64,000 bases of DNA. Origin: a virus. Taxonomy: Duplodnaviria > Heunggongvirae > Uroviricota > Caudoviricetes. The stretch's first letter is position 1. Every line of letters begins with the position of its first letter. Below are positions 63,968-64,000 of this stretch, piece by piece. The DNA is taken from the IMG/VR virus record IMGVR_UViG_3300033066_001908; one strand, given 5' to 3'. The translations under genes were made by a program, and so were the position numbers. The notes under the pieces are model-generated. The model had not been told where the DNA came from, did no database searches, and saw only the letters and a program-made list of their open reading frames with translations.

Positions 63968-64000
63968 CGCATCAGATGGTGCTCGTGCTTACCCTCAGCG

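Overview
The window is GC-rich and very gene-dense. Almost all genes are on the minus strand, with four small plus-strand islands. Adjacent genes are frequently translationally coupled (TAATG/ATGA/GTGA overlaps), several starts have AGGAGG-type Shine-Dalgarno sites, and there are stem-loop terminators. There are many small Cys-rich zinc-ribbon ORFs, three freestanding homing-type endonucleases (two GIY-YIG, one HNH) plus a possible AP2-domain ORF, a MazG-like pyrophosphohydrolase and an HD phosphohydrolase. Together these point to a large prokaryotic dsDNA virus (jumbo phage-like) or similar mobile element rather than a cellular chromosome. No terminase, portal, major capsid or polymerase gene is recognisable, so this is probably an accessory or late region of a large genome. 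The most striking content is three clusters of carbohydrate-active enzymes. Cluster A (1-882 and 10.8-14.6 kb) has a GT4 glycosyltransferase truncated at the window edge, a GH130-like protein, methyltransferases and a GT-A. Cluster B (32.3-38.4 kb) has an adenylate-forming-like enzyme, a GT-B, a GT32, two GT2s, a DUF115/Maf-like protein and a CE4 deacetylase. Cluster C (49.6-59.8 kb) has two different sulfotransferases (Sulfotransfer_1-like and Stf0-like), three Methyltransf_24-type methyltransferases (one fused to a glycosyltransferase domain), GT8-like and DUF616-like transferases, a PhyH-type Fe/2OG dioxygenase, a second CE4 deacetylase, several signal-peptide proteins, and a small gene followed by a strong terminator. 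Cluster C looks like a virus-encoded pathway for a sulfated, O-methylated glycan and is the best candidate for an undescribed system. Other notable features are an SPFH/Band-7 lipoprotein operon with small membrane proteins, a conserved AT-rich 20-bp palindromic intergenic motif (3 clear copies plus 2 variants), a family of GAGCCCGG...CCGGGCTC terminator hairpins, and a ~390-nt repeat-containing non-coding gap next to the AP2-like ORF. No rRNA, tRNA or CRISPR array was recognised by eye. All protein family calls rest on motif recognition by reading the sequence; no database search was run.
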